Source: an uncultured Acidobacteriota bacterium (lineage in GTDB: Bacteria; Acidobacteriota; Thermoanaerobaculia; Multivoradales; UBA5704). Taken from it: a stretch of DNA of 64,000 nucleotides. Below the pieces are notes generated by a model, which saw only the letters and a program-made list of their open reading frames with translations, ran no database searches and was not told where the DNA came from. Below, piece by piece: positions 39,180 through 48,738 of this stretch. Every line of letters begins with the position of its first letter. Positions within the stretch are counted from its first letter, which is position 1. The stretch lies in the NCBI GenBank assembly GCA_963770895.1, contig CAVYRF010000002.1, positions 2,976,001-3,040,000 of the forward strand, in the 5' to 3' direction. Made by a program: the position numbers and the translations under genes.

Positions 39180-40609
39180 GCGGCTCCGCCGGCGGCGGCG
39201 GCCGCCGTGTCGCCGACGGGCACGGCGGCCAGGAGCTGCTGCTGCCGCAGCTGCCGGAGCACCGTCTGGCGGTCGAGGTGCTGCACCAGAAAGAGGAGGC
39301 CGCCGAAGAACCAGAAGTAGAGATCGGCGGTGATGTCGAAGACGATGCTGCCGAGCAGCTGGGCGAGGAAGAACATCAGGCAGGCGGTGGCCAGCGCGCG
39401 GTGGAACCGCGTGCGCAGCAGGAACACCTGGCGCAGGGCGTAGGCGACCAGGAAGACGCGGATGAAGTACATGAGGAAGAAGCCGACCGGCCCCAGCTCG
39501 ATCATGATGCGGCCGGTTTCGGCTTCGACTTCCAGGCCGTGCAGCCAGCTGTAGGGCACGATGCCGGGGGTGACCGCCGTGGCGGTCTGGTGGGTGGCGC
39601 CGATGCCGTAGCCGAAGAGGCCGGCGTCGGGCAGGATCTCGAAGGGCGAGGTGAAGGGCACCACCAGCCGCGTTTCCAGGTCCTCGGACGATCCCGCCGC
39701 GCGGCCCAGGAAGGCGTGCAGGGGACCGGCGCCCACCGAGCCGATCAGGCCGGCCAGCAGCGCCACGCCGACGAGCAGCCGCATGAAGGTCATGCCGCCC
39801 TGGGAGTCGCGCAGCACCGCCAGCCACCAGTAGAGTGGAAAGAGCAGCGCCAGCATGAAGATGGGGCCGCGCGAGCCGGTCATCAGCATGCCCAGGAGGG
39901 CGGAGCCGAGCGCGACGTAGACCGGCAGGCTGCCCTGCATCCGCCAGCGCACCGCCGCCATGTAGGCCAGCATCAGGATGGTCATGGCGACCAGGTAGGA
40001 GCTGTAGCCGGTGATGTACGAAAACGTGGCGGTGACGCGCACGAACTCCGACGAGCCGAAGGTCGAGACGTAGCCGGGGCCGACCCCCTCGGTCGCCCGC
40101 GCGTAGGTGTTGAGCGCGCTCGATGCCGGGCTCAGGAACTGTGCCCCGGCGAGCAGCCCGACGGGGATCGACAGGATGATGTAGCGGCGCAGAAACCGCA
40201 GCAGCGCGCGGTCGTCGGCGAACGCCGCCGGCACCACGAACAGCAGCGGCACGTATAGAAAGTAGGCCTTGAAGCCGAGCGCGCCGACCAGCGGGTTGGG
40301 GAGCCGGGGGTTGAACACCTGCAAGGCGCCGACGACGGCGGCGAAGGCCAGCGCCAGGTAGAGCACCGGCAGCTCGGGCGCGCGCACGCGCAGGCGCCCG
40401 CGATCGCGCAGGTAGCCGATGTAAACGCCCACCAGGATCACGTCCTTGGCCAGGTATACCAGGTCCTGGGCGCCGGCGAAGAGCCACTTGCGGATGGCTC
40501 CTTCGACGACCAGCAGCACCATCACCACCTGCAGGCCCTGGCGCCAGCGGTTGGTGGCCCACAGGAAGGCGCCGGCGCCGGCAAGCAGGACGACGATACG
40601 CAGGTCCAT
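39176..40609 (-). CDS. Putative Wzy-like polysaccharide polymerase / O-antigen ligase-like membrane protein
   Basis: Many TM segments; EGAIRKW, RVTATFSY, TGSRG, FGYGIG, IELGPVG. Confidence 0.75.
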   Translation of the reverse strand: MDLRIVVLLAGAGAFLWATNRWRQGLQVVMVLLVVEGAIRKWLFAGAQDLVYLAKDVILVGVYIGYLRDRGRLRVRAPELPVLYLALAFAAVVGALQVFNPRLPNPLVGALGFKAYFLYVPLLFVVPAAFADDRALLRFLRRYIILSIPVGLLAGAQFLSPASSALNTYARATEGVGPGYVSTFGSSEFVRVTATFSYITGYSSYLVAMTILMLAYMAAVRWRMQGSLPVYVALGSALLGMLMTGSRGPIFMLALLFPLYWWLAVLRDSQGGMTFMRLLVGVALLAGLIGSVGAGPLHAFLGRAAGSSEDLETRLVVPFTSPFEILPDAGLFGYGIGATHQTATAVTPGIVPYSWLHGLEVEAETGRIMIELGPVGFFLMYFIRVFLVAYALRQVFLLRTRFHRALATACLMFFLAQLLGSIVFDITADLYFWFFGGLLFLVQHLDRQTVLRQLRQQQLLAAVPVGDTAAAAAGGAA

Positions 40610-41721
40610 CAGCGCCCTCCCGGCCTGGTGGCGTCGTTGCCGCGCTTGCCGCTGGCGCCTTCGGCACCCCCGACCGGCACCGCCGCGGCGAGCGCCGCCA
40701 GGTAGCGCCGGGCGACGGTTTCGCCGCGGTGGGCTTCCAGGTGGGCGGCGGCGCCGGCGCGCAGGGCCTGGAGGGCTGCGGGCTGCCGCAACAGCTCCTG
40801 CAGCACGGCCGCCAGCTGCGCCACGTCGCCGTTGGGGAACAGCCGCCCGCAGGGGCCGATCGCTTCGGGCAGGCCGCCGCCGGCCGAGCCCACGACGACG
40901 CAGCCGCAGGCGATGCCTTCCAGGGCGGCGATGCCGAAGGGCTCCTGGTAGCGGGAGGGGACGACCAGGATCTGGTGGCGGTTGAGCAGGCGCACCAGCT
41001 GGGCGCCGGTGCGGGCGCCGGCGAAGTCGATCTGTGCCGCGACCCCCAGGCGCGCCGCCTGCGCTTTGAGCGGCACGGCCTCGGGGCCGTCGCCCACCAC
41101 CGTCAGGCGCGGCCGCAGACCCGCCGCCGCCAGGCGCGCGAGCGCCTCGACCAGCAGGTCGGCGCCCTTGTCGGAGACCAGGCGGCCGAGGAACACCAGC
41201 TCCCGGTCGCGCGGTGTGCCGGCGTCCGGCTGGCATCGGAACAGTTCGTCGCGGTAGGCGTTTTCGATCACCACCGATGGAGTATCCAGGTCGGCCGCCA
41301 TCGCCCTGCTGACCGAGACGGAGAGCACGGCGAAGCGGAGCAGGCGCCGCTTGAGGCGGTCCTGCCAGGCGCGCCGTCCGTCGGCGCGCCGGTACCAGCT
41401 GTGATGCGACACCGCCCAGGGGCGGCGCACCAGCAGCAGCGGCCACAGGCCGCGCAAGCTGACGTTGGCCTGGAAGAAGACGTCGCAGGAGCGCACCGCC
41501 CCGAGCAGCGCCGCGGCGCCAGGCCGGCGCAGCACGCGATAGGGAACGGCCGGCTCGCCAGGGTCTGCCGCCGTCGCCGGGGTTGCCGGCGCGGCTGGGG
41601 TGAGCGTCACCACGGTGACCTGCTGGCCCAGGCGGGTCAGCCATTCGGCCAGCTGCGCCTGGCAGACTTCGAGCCCGCCGAGCGACGGCAGGAAGGCCGG
41701 CGAATAGAGCAGCACCTTCAC
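40609..41721 (-). CDS. Glycosyltransferase family 4
   Basis: KVLLYSPAFLPSLGGLE, LGRLVSDKG, VPSRYQEPFGIAALEGIACG. Confidence 0.9.
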   Translation of the reverse strand: MKVLLYSPAFLPSLGGLEVCQAQLAEWLTRLGQQVTVVTLTPAAPATPATAADPGEPAVPYRVLRRPGAAALLGAVRSCDVFFQANVSLRGLWPLLLVRRPWAVSHHSWYRRADGRRAWQDRLKRRLLRFAVLSVSVSRAMAADLDTPSVVIENAYRDELFRCQPDAGTPRDRELVFLGRLVSDKGADLLVEALARLAAAGLRPRLTVVGDGPEAVPLKAQAARLGVAAQIDFAGARTGAQLVRLLNRHQILVVPSRYQEPFGIAALEGIACGCVVVGSAGGGLPEAIGPCGRLFPNGDVAQLAAVLQELLRQPAALQALRAGAAAHLEAHRGETVARRYLAALAAAVPVGGAEGASGKRGNDATRPGGR

Positions 41722-42869
41722 CGCGGCCGCCCTTCCACCAAGTCGCGATACCAGCCTGCCTGGAGCGCCAGGCGGTGCCCGTGGTACCACGCCCGCGCCC
41801 GCGCGGCGAGCGCGTCTGGATCGGCGGGAGCGGCGCCGCCGGCCGGGTTCCAAAACGGCGGTTCGCCCGGGTTCAGGCCCTCGCCGTCGCCGTCGGCGGC
41901 GCCGTCGAACGCGGCGGCGCTCTCCCCCGGCGATCCCGGCCAGGCGCAGACCGGCACCATGCCGTGGGCGCAGTAGGCGGCGTGTACCGTGGATTTGGCC
42001 AGCAACCCGGACGGATAGGCGACGAAGCCCGCGTAGGCACGGGCCAGGACGGCGCCCACGTCGCCGGCGGCGAGCGCGCCCAGGGCGCGCACCGGCACGC
42101 CGGCGACCTGCGCCGGCAGTTGGGGCAGCGGCGGCCCGACGTCCACGATCTGTTCGATCGCCAGGGCGCGGCAGGCGGCGGCCAGCTGGGCAGCGAGCTC
42201 AGCGTAGGCGCGACCCCGCGTGCCGGCGCCGCCGAAGACCGCCAGGGTGCGCGGCCGGCGGGCCGCCGGCGCCGTTACCGTGTCCGGTTCGCCGACGGTT
42301 GAAAACACCGGCGCCAGCAGCACCGGGCACGCCGCGGGCCGCCGCAGGCGCGCCAGGATCGCGCCGTACAGGCCGAGCGTGGTGACGGCGGCGTCGCTCG
42401 CGGCAAGCAGCCGCGCCGCCAGCCCGCGCTGCACCGGAAAGAGCCAGAACGAGCTGCGCCAGGGCGGCCCGGTGGCGTAGACCTCGTGAAACACCGTCAC
42501 CAGGCGGCGCCCCGGCGCGGCGCGGCGCCAGCGCACGGCGCCGCCGACCAGCCAGCGCGGGCAGCCGCGCCGCTGGTAGGCGTAGTTGACGTAGTGCACC
42601 AGCACGGTGCCGGCGCCGCTTGCCGCCAGCTGTCGCGCCAGGGCGCCGGCGCGGGGCGCGTCGAGCACCACCGCGGCCGCCGCCGGGTCGCCCTCCGCCA
42701 GGTTGCCCGGGCCGCCATCGCCCGGCGGCGCGGCGTGGTCGGTCACCAGGAAGCGTGACGGGAGGCCGCAGTCGCCGAGCGCCCGCGCCAGCGCCGCGGC
42801 GTAGGCGCCGACGCCGTCGAAGCTGGGCGGCAGGCGGGGCACCACCTGGAGCAGCGGCGTCACGGCCAT
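41718..42869 (-). CDS. Glycosyltransferase (GT-B, family 1/4-like)
   Basis: LQVVPRLPPSFDGVGAYA, HYVNYAYQRRGCP, FHEVYA, PVFSTVGEP, LAKSTVHAAYCAHG. Confidence 0.78.
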   Translation of the reverse strand: MAVTPLLQVVPRLPPSFDGVGAYAAALARALGDCGLPSRFLVTDHAAPPGDGGPGNLAEGDPAAAAVVLDAPRAGALARQLAASGAGTVLVHYVNYAYQRRGCPRWLVGGAVRWRRAAPGRRLVTVFHEVYATGPPWRSSFWLFPVQRGLAARLLAASDAAVTTLGLYGAILARLRRPAACPVLLAPVFSTVGEPDTVTAPAARRPRTLAVFGGAGTRGRAYAELAAQLAAACRALAIEQIVDVGPPLPQLPAQVAGVPVRALGALAAGDVGAVLARAYAGFVAYPSGLLAKSTVHAAYCAHGMVPVCAWPGSPGESAAAFDGAADGDGEGLNPGEPPFWNPAGGAAPADPDALAARARAWYHGHRLALQAGWYRDLVEGRPR

Positions 42870-43975
42870 CGCCAACCTTCGCCGTCGGGGCCGGGCAGGT
42901 CCTGGTACGCCGCCAGGCACCGGTCGGCGACCCGCCGCCAGGTGAAGTGCTCCTCGACGCGCTGCCGCGCGCCGTGCGACAGGTGCGCCCACAGGCCCGG
43001 CTCGGCGGCGAGGCGGTCCAGGGCGGCGCCGATGGCAGCGGGGTCGTTGGGTGGCACGAGCAGGCCGCTCTGCTCGTGCTCGACCACCTCGGGCAGCGAC
43101 GCGGCGCGCGACGCGATGACCGGACAGCCGCTCGCCATCGCTTCGATGGGCGCGATACCGAACAGCTCGTTGGCGCCGGCGTCGCCGTTGGCGTCCACCG
43201 GCGTCGGGTGGACCAGGGTCATGGCCCGGCGCAGCAGGTCGGCGACCGCGGCGTCGCCCAGGTCGAGGTGGAAACGCACGTCCTTGCCCGCGGCAAGCGA
43301 CCGCAGACGCTCCAGGTAGTCGGCGTCGAGCGGCGAGCCGACGACGTGCAGGGTGCGGCCCGCCGGCAGACCCTCGATCAGGTAGTGGACGCCCTTGTGC
43401 GGCAGCAGGCGGCCCAGGAAGACGGCGGAGCCGTCGTGCTCGGCCGCGGCGCGCGGGCGATAGCGGCCGGTGTCGACGCCGCAATAGATCACCCGGTAGG
43501 GGAGCGGGCGGCCCGGCAGGCCGCGGGTGGCGTATTCCGAGATCGGCAGGTGCGCCGTCAACCAGCGCGATTGGTCGAATTGATAACCCGGTGTCCAGCC
43601 GCCGCCGCCCAGGTCGGAGACGAAGACGCGGCTGCCCTGGCGGTGGCCGCAGGCGGCGGCGAGAAACGTCGACAGGACGAAGTATTGATGGCAGTGGATC
43701 GCGTCGGCGCCGCGCAGCTCGCGCGCCAGGGCGGGCGAATAGGGCACCATCTTGGAGCGCGACCAGCTGCGCAGGATGACGCGCTCGAAGGAGGCGCTGA
43801 GCCGCTGGCGCAGCGGCCGCCGTCCGAAGCTCACCAGCTTGACCTGGGCGCGGTGGGAAGTGGCAAGGGCCAGCTCTTCGGCGAACCGCTCACCGCCACC
43901 CAGGTACGATTCGGGCGCAAAGTACGTCGGTGTCACGTGGCAGACGGCCAGCCGCCAGCCGGGCTGCCGTGTCAT
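42860..43975 (-). CDS. Glycosyltransferase family 4
   Basis: GGGERF, LGRLLPHKG, ELFGIAPIEAMASGCPV. Confidence 0.9.
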   Translation of the reverse strand: MTRQPGWRLAVCHVTPTYFAPESYLGGGERFAEELALATSHRAQVKLVSFGRRPLRQRLSASFERVILRSWSRSKMVPYSPALARELRGADAIHCHQYFVLSTFLAAACGHRQGSRVFVSDLGGGGWTPGYQFDQSRWLTAHLPISEYATRGLPGRPLPYRVIYCGVDTGRYRPRAAAEHDGSAVFLGRLLPHKGVHYLIEGLPAGRTLHVVGSPLDADYLERLRSLAAGKDVRFHLDLGDAAVADLLRRAMTLVHPTPVDANGDAGANELFGIAPIEAMASGCPVIASRAASLPEVVEHEQSGLLVPPNDPAAIGAALDRLAAEPGLWAHLSHGARQRVEEHFTWRRVADRCLAAYQDLPGPDGEGWRWP

Positions 43976-44721
43976 CCCCGCCCTGCCGCCTTGTCGCGCG
44001 CCCGCCGCAGGTACCAGCCGGCGGTGCGCAGCCAGCGGTCGGCGGCGAGCCGGGCGCGCGGATACGGCCTGACGCGCTCCACGAAGCGCGCCAGCTCCGC
44101 CTCGATGTTGGGGGCGCCGTGCACGATGGTTTCGGAAAACTGGAAGGTGTCGTCCCAGAACAGCCACTGCACGTGGCCTTCCGGCGGCAGGCGGCGCAGG
44201 AAGCGCGGCGGCAGGGACAGCCGCCAGTGGCTGTGGATCTTGTGATACTTCATCATGAAACGCGCGGCGGCCGGCGCCGCGCCGGCGGCGGGGATGAAAT
44301 CGATCAGCCAGCGGTGATGCGACCAGCCCACCTGTCCCGGCTCGATGCCGCGGCTCGATTCGGCGATACGCGACGGCACCTCCAGGTATCCGGCCCTGCC
44401 GATGCGCACGATCTCGGAGCACACCCACAGCGGATCGCGCAGGTCTTCCAGGGTGTGGGAGCAGATCACGAAATCGATCGACTTATCCGCAAACGGGTAG
44501 GGCTCGCGGGTGCAGAGATCGCGCCGGATCCAGGTGGCGCTGCTGAAGTGCTCGCGCTGCCCGCCCTGCGCCGGCAGGCCGTAGTGGCCGCGCGTTTCGT
44601 AGGACTCCTGATCGATCACGTAGTTGGCGCGATTGAACGGGCGCGCCCAGCCGCCGATGTCGAGCACCACGTCGCCTGCGGAAAGGCGGCTCAGAATGAG
44701 CTGGTCGTTGGCCGGATGCAA
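43972..44721 (-). CDS. SAM-dependent methyltransferase (type 11-like)
   Basis: VLDIGG, PFADKSIDFVICSHTLED; TTG start. Confidence 0.8.
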   Translation of the reverse strand: MHPANDQLILSRLSAGDVVLDIGGWARPFNRANYVIDQESYETRGHYGLPAQGGQREHFSSATWIRRDLCTREPYPFADKSIDFVICSHTLEDLRDPLWVCSEIVRIGRAGYLEVPSRIAESSRGIEPGQVGWSHHRWLIDFIPAAGAAPAAARFMMKYHKIHSHWRLSLPPRFLRRLPPEGHVQWLFWDDTFQFSETIVHGAPNIEAELARFVERVRPYPRARLAADRWLRTAGWYLRRARDKAAGRG

Positions 44722-44752
44722 GGGGTGGGCTCCTGGTCGCAGGCAGGATCGA

Positions 44753-45355
44753 TCAATCGCCGCCGGTAGCGGAGACCTTGACGGCGCTCAGCTTGAACTG
44801 CAGAAACCAGGCCGGGTAGATCCAGGCGAAGCGCCGCTCGTAGGTCTGCGGGTGGCGGTTGGCGAACCGCGCCATGAGCCGCGCCAGCGGGCCGCCGGTA
44901 TGAAACGCGATAAAGCGCTCGACGATGCGAAAGCGCGCCGCCGAATAGAAATCCCATTGGTGGCCTGCGGTGAAGTAATCGAAAGAAAAGTAGCTGAGGT
45001 GAAAGCGGTGGGTCGGGTCGGTATAGGAATTGGCGCTGGAAAAGTGCGGCGTGGTGATCTCCAGCACGCCGCCCGGCGCCAGCAGGGCGTGCGCCTCCTC
45101 CATGAAGCTCCGGATGTCGGCCAGGTGCTCCACCACGTCGTGCGCGTAGATGTGCTGGAAATGATCGCGCGGCAGGGGGTAGGGATGGCGGTCGAGATCC
45201 ATCACCAGGTCCGGCTGGACCTGCGGCAGGACGTCCACGTTCAGGCAGCCGGGCCGCCGCTTGCGGCCGCAGCCCAGGTTGAGCTCCAGGGGCACCTCTC
45301 CGTCGGCGCCGGTGGCGATGGTGGCGGCGGGGGGCGGCGTGGTGGCGGCGGTCAT
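44753..45355 (-). CDS. SAM-dependent methyltransferase (type 11-like)
   Basis: LNLGCG, HDVVEHL, LAPGG, DPTH. Confidence 0.85.
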   Translation of the reverse strand: MTAATTPPPAATIATGADGEVPLELNLGCGRKRRPGCLNVDVLPQVQPDLVMDLDRHPYPLPRDHFQHIYAHDVVEHLADIRSFMEEAHALLAPGGVLEITTPHFSSANSYTDPTHRFHLSYFSFDYFTAGHQWDFYSAARFRIVERFIAFHTGGPLARLMARFANRHPQTYERRFAWIYPAWFLQFKLSAVKVSATGGD

Positions 45356-45362
45356 GCGGGCA

Positions 45363-46751
45363 TCACTCCCAGTGCACCAGGGTGGGGCGCACAAAACCGA
45401 TGGCGGTGATGACCGCCTGCTCGCAAAGGCCGAAGGCGGCGCTGCCCAGGTTGAAGAGCAGCACGCCGTGGGTGGTGCCGAGCGGCAGCCAGGCGACCAG
45501 CGCCGCCTGGGCGCAGGCATACACCAGCATGGCGAGCCCCTGCCAACGGTTCCACGAGCGGGCGAGGTTGACGCCCACCAGGTAGCCGCTCACCAGGGTG
45601 ATACCGGCCGACGCCACCACCAGCCCCAGCTCGCTGTCGAGCCCCCGGTAGTGCTCGCCCAGAATCGTCAGCAGCAGGTGCGGGATGGCGGCGGCGACCA
45701 GCCACATCGCCGCGGCGATGGCGGCGAGCAGGGCGCCGAACTGCAAAAACCGCATGCGGTAGTGGCGCTCGTCGTGGATGCGCGACAGGCGCGGCAGCAG
45801 GACGGTGGCCGACAGGTTCGAAAACAGGGCTAGCGCCAGGCCGAGCCGCGACAGGGCGCCGACCTCGGCGATGTTGCGCGCCGAGCCGAAGGTGGCGGAC
45901 AGCCATACCACCAGCGGCGTCTGGATCGAAAAGTAGAGAGCGCTGGGAAGCGTCGGCAGCAGGTAGCGCAGGACCCGGCGGCGGTACGGCGCCAGGGTCT
46001 GGCGCGAGGGCGGTGTCGCGGCGGCCGCGGCGGCTTTTGCGTCACCCCGCGGGCGCGCCAAAAGCGCGGTCAGGGCGATCGCCGCAGCGTTGGCGGCGAC
46101 GGCCAGCCAGGCATACAGCACGGACGTCAGCGCCATGGTGCCGGCCGCCGCCAGGCGCACGCCGCCGCCGGCGATCTCGGCGCGGTAGGACTGGCCGTAG
46201 CGATCGAGCAGACGCAGGACCAGCACCCCGAGCGACGAGCGGATCTGGAACCAGGCGCACACCAGGACGCCGGCGGTCGCCAGGGCGATGTCGCGGCCGG
46301 CGAACCCCTGCGCCGCGGCGGCGCGCGGCAGCGCCACCAGCACGGCGGCGGCGCCCACCAGGAAGGCGGTGCTCCGCAGCGAGCGCACGGCGGCCAGGTA
46401 GAGGGGGAACTCGCCCGGTCCGTTCATCTCGGCGGCCGCCGCTGGCGCGGCGCCGTTCGGCCGCGCGGGGCCTCCGGTGCGATGGAAGAAGTAGAGCAGC
46501 GAGCTGGTGCTTCCCAGGTCCGAGACGAAGGTGAAGAAGGTCACCACCGACAGCGCCAGCGTGTAGAGCGCAAACTGGCGCACCGGCATGGTGCGCACCA
46601 GGACCAGGCCGGCGCTCAGGCCCAGCAGCTGGGTGAGCGCCTGGGCGCTGAAGTATGCCGACAGCAGCTTGAACCAGCGCCGCAGGCGCGACGACGCCGG
46701 CGCCGCGGCCGGTTGGGGATGCGTCGCCAGCGCTTCGGGAAGGGCGCTCAC
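45363..46751 (-). CDS. Wzx-like polysaccharide flippase
   Basis: About 12 TM segments; AQALTQLLGLSAGLVLVR, SDLG, AEVGALSRLG, ILGEHY. Confidence 0.75.
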   Translation of the reverse strand: MSALPEALATHPQPAAAPASSRLRRWFKLLSAYFSAQALTQLLGLSAGLVLVRTMPVRQFALYTLALSVVTFFTFVSDLGSTSSLLYFFHRTGGPARPNGAAPAAAAEMNGPGEFPLYLAAVRSLRSTAFLVGAAAVLVALPRAAAAQGFAGRDIALATAGVLVCAWFQIRSSLGVLVLRLLDRYGQSYRAEIAGGGVRLAAAGTMALTSVLYAWLAVAANAAAIALTALLARPRGDAKAAAAAATPPSRQTLAPYRRRVLRYLLPTLPSALYFSIQTPLVVWLSATFGSARNIAEVGALSRLGLALALFSNLSATVLLPRLSRIHDERHYRMRFLQFGALLAAIAAAMWLVAAAIPHLLLTILGEHYRGLDSELGLVVASAGITLVSGYLVGVNLARSWNRWQGLAMLVYACAQAALVAWLPLGTTHGVLLFNLGSAAFGLCEQAVITAIGFVRPTLVHWE

Positions 46752-48715
46752 GCCGCCGCCGCCGCCCTGCCGGCTGCCGCGGCGCCCGCCGCCGCCGCCG
46801 GCAGCGCCGGGATGGTGATGCCGAACTCCGCCAGGATCAGCCGCGCCAGGACGCGCGAGCGGGCCCCCAGGTGCTGTGCCGCCGGCCCCAGCTCGCCCGG
46901 CCGCAGCCATTCCAGGACCGGGATGTAAAAGCCGCTCTTGGGCCGCTGCCACAGGCCGTCCGGCAGCTCGGGAGCCAGGCGCCGCACCAGGGCGGCCTTG
47001 CCCAGCCGCCGGGCGGGCTGGAAGCCCTGGGCGGCCAGCTGCCCGCGCAGCACCGCGTCCACCAGCGGCACCCGCAGCTCGACCGACCAGGCCATCGACG
47101 CCCAATCGGCGTCGCGCAGCAGCTGGTTGCGCAGATAGAGAGCGGATTCCATCTGGTGCACGGCGAGCCAGGGATCGGTGCGGCCCGCCGCGCCGGCCGC
47201 CGTGCCGTGCGCCGCGGCGTCGCCGTCGCGGGTGTCGGGGCAGGGGCCGGGGCCGGCGAGAGCGGCGCCGGCGCCGGCGATCGGGTCGTAGGCGGCGAGC
47301 GCCGCGGCGGCGGCTTCGGCGCCCAGGAGCGCCGGCAGCTCTTCGGGCAGGAACAGGGCGCGGCGCAGAAAGTAGCTGCCCGGCAGGGTGGCGCCGTAGC
47401 GCAGCAGCCCGGCGAGCTTGGGGCGCGACGGCGCCAGGTGCCGCGCCAGGGCCGGCCAGCCGGCGGCGAGCCCCGGCAGCCGGCGCCCCCAGCGGGCGGC
47501 GCGGGCGGCGCGCGGCACGTCGGCGAACGACGGGTAGCTGCCGAACAGCTCGTCGCCGCCGAGGCCGGACAGCACCACCTTGAAGCCGGCCTGGTGCGCG
47601 GCGCGGCTGATGACGAAGGTGTTGAAGCCGTCGATCGAGGGTTGGTCCATGGCGGCGAGCGCCGCCGGCCACAGTGGCGCGAAGTCGGCGCGGCCCATGT
47701 CGATGGCGTGATGGCGGGCGCCCAGCCGCCGCGCCACCTGGGCGGCCAGCGGCGCTTCGTCGCGCGGCGTGCCGGCCAGGACGTCGAAGCCGACCGTCAG
47801 GGTGGTCAGCGGCGCGGCGGCGTGGCGGCGTGCCAGCGCCGCGACCAGGGCCGAATCGAGCCCCGCCGAAAGGAACACCGCCACCGGCACGTCCGCCACC
47901 AGGTGCGCGGCGACCGACTGCTCGATCGCCGCACCGGCGGCGGCGGTCGCGGCATCGGGCGCCTGCCGCGGCGCCGGGTGAGTGGCTGCGACCGCGGCCG
48001 GGGCGGCCGCCAGCGGGTAGCGCCGCGGCTCGCCGGGACCGTCGCCGTCCACCCACAGCAGGTGGCCGGCGGGCAGGCAGCGGATTTCCGCGTAGAGCGT
48101 CGCCGGCTCGGGGACCGATCCCCAGAGCAGGAACCCGGCGAGCCCCGCCGGGTCGACGGCGCGCGACACCGGGCCGCCCGCGGTCAGCGCCTTGACCTGC
48201 GAAGCGAAGCGCAGCTGGCCCCGCCCCGGCGAACACGACGGGCACGAGTAATACAGCGGCTTGATGCCGCAGGGGTCGCGCGCCAGCAGCAGGCGCGGAC
48301 GCTGGCGGTCGCGGCCGTCCCAGATCGCCAGGCCGAACATGCCGCGCAGCAGCGGCAGGAACGCTTCGCCGTGCCGCAGGTAGAGGGCCAGCACCACTTC
48401 GGTGTCGCCGGCGCCGCGCGGCGGCAGCCCCGCCGCGGCAAGCCCGGCGGCCAGCTCGCGGAAGTTGTAGATCTCGCCGTTGAAGGCGATCTGGACGCGC
48501 CCCCCGGCCGCCGCCATCGGCTGGGCGCCGGCCGGCGACAGGTCCAGGATCGCCAGGCGCCGGCTGGCCAGGCCGGCCCTGCCGTCGTCGCTGATCCAGG
48601 CGCCGGCGTCATCCGGCCCGCGCGCCGCCATCAGGTCGCGCGTCCGCAGCAGCTCGGCGCGATCGACCGCCGGCGCCTGGGGCGCGAAGCTGAAAATGCC
48701 GTTGATGCCGCACAT
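46748..48715 (-). CDS. asnB: Asparagine synthase (glutamine-hydrolysing) family amidotransferase
   Basis: MCGING, RGPD, RRLAILDLS, FNGEIYNF, RDPCGIKPLY, FLSAGLDS, VLSGLGGDELFG. Confidence 0.93.
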   Translation of the reverse strand: MCGINGIFSFAPQAPAVDRAELLRTRDLMAARGPDDAGAWISDDGRAGLASRRLAILDLSPAGAQPMAAAGGRVQIAFNGEIYNFRELAAGLAAAGLPPRGAGDTEVVLALYLRHGEAFLPLLRGMFGLAIWDGRDRQRPRLLLARDPCGIKPLYYSCPSCSPGRGQLRFASQVKALTAGGPVSRAVDPAGLAGFLLWGSVPEPATLYAEIRCLPAGHLLWVDGDGPGEPRRYPLAAAPAAVAATHPAPRQAPDAATAAAGAAIEQSVAAHLVADVPVAVFLSAGLDSALVAALARRHAAAPLTTLTVGFDVLAGTPRDEAPLAAQVARRLGARHHAIDMGRADFAPLWPAALAAMDQPSIDGFNTFVISRAAHQAGFKVVLSGLGGDELFGSYPSFADVPRAARAARWGRRLPGLAAGWPALARHLAPSRPKLAGLLRYGATLPGSYFLRRALFLPEELPALLGAEAAAAALAAYDPIAGAGAALAGPGPCPDTRDGDAAAHGTAAGAAGRTDPWLAVHQMESALYLRNQLLRDADWASMAWSVELRVPLVDAVLRGQLAAQGFQPARRLGKAALVRRLAPELPDGLWQRPKSGFYIPVLEWLRPGELGPAAQHLGARSRVLARLILAEFGITIPALPAAAAGAAAAGRAAAAA

Positions 48716-48738
48716 GACCGAGATCGCCGCGCCGCCGC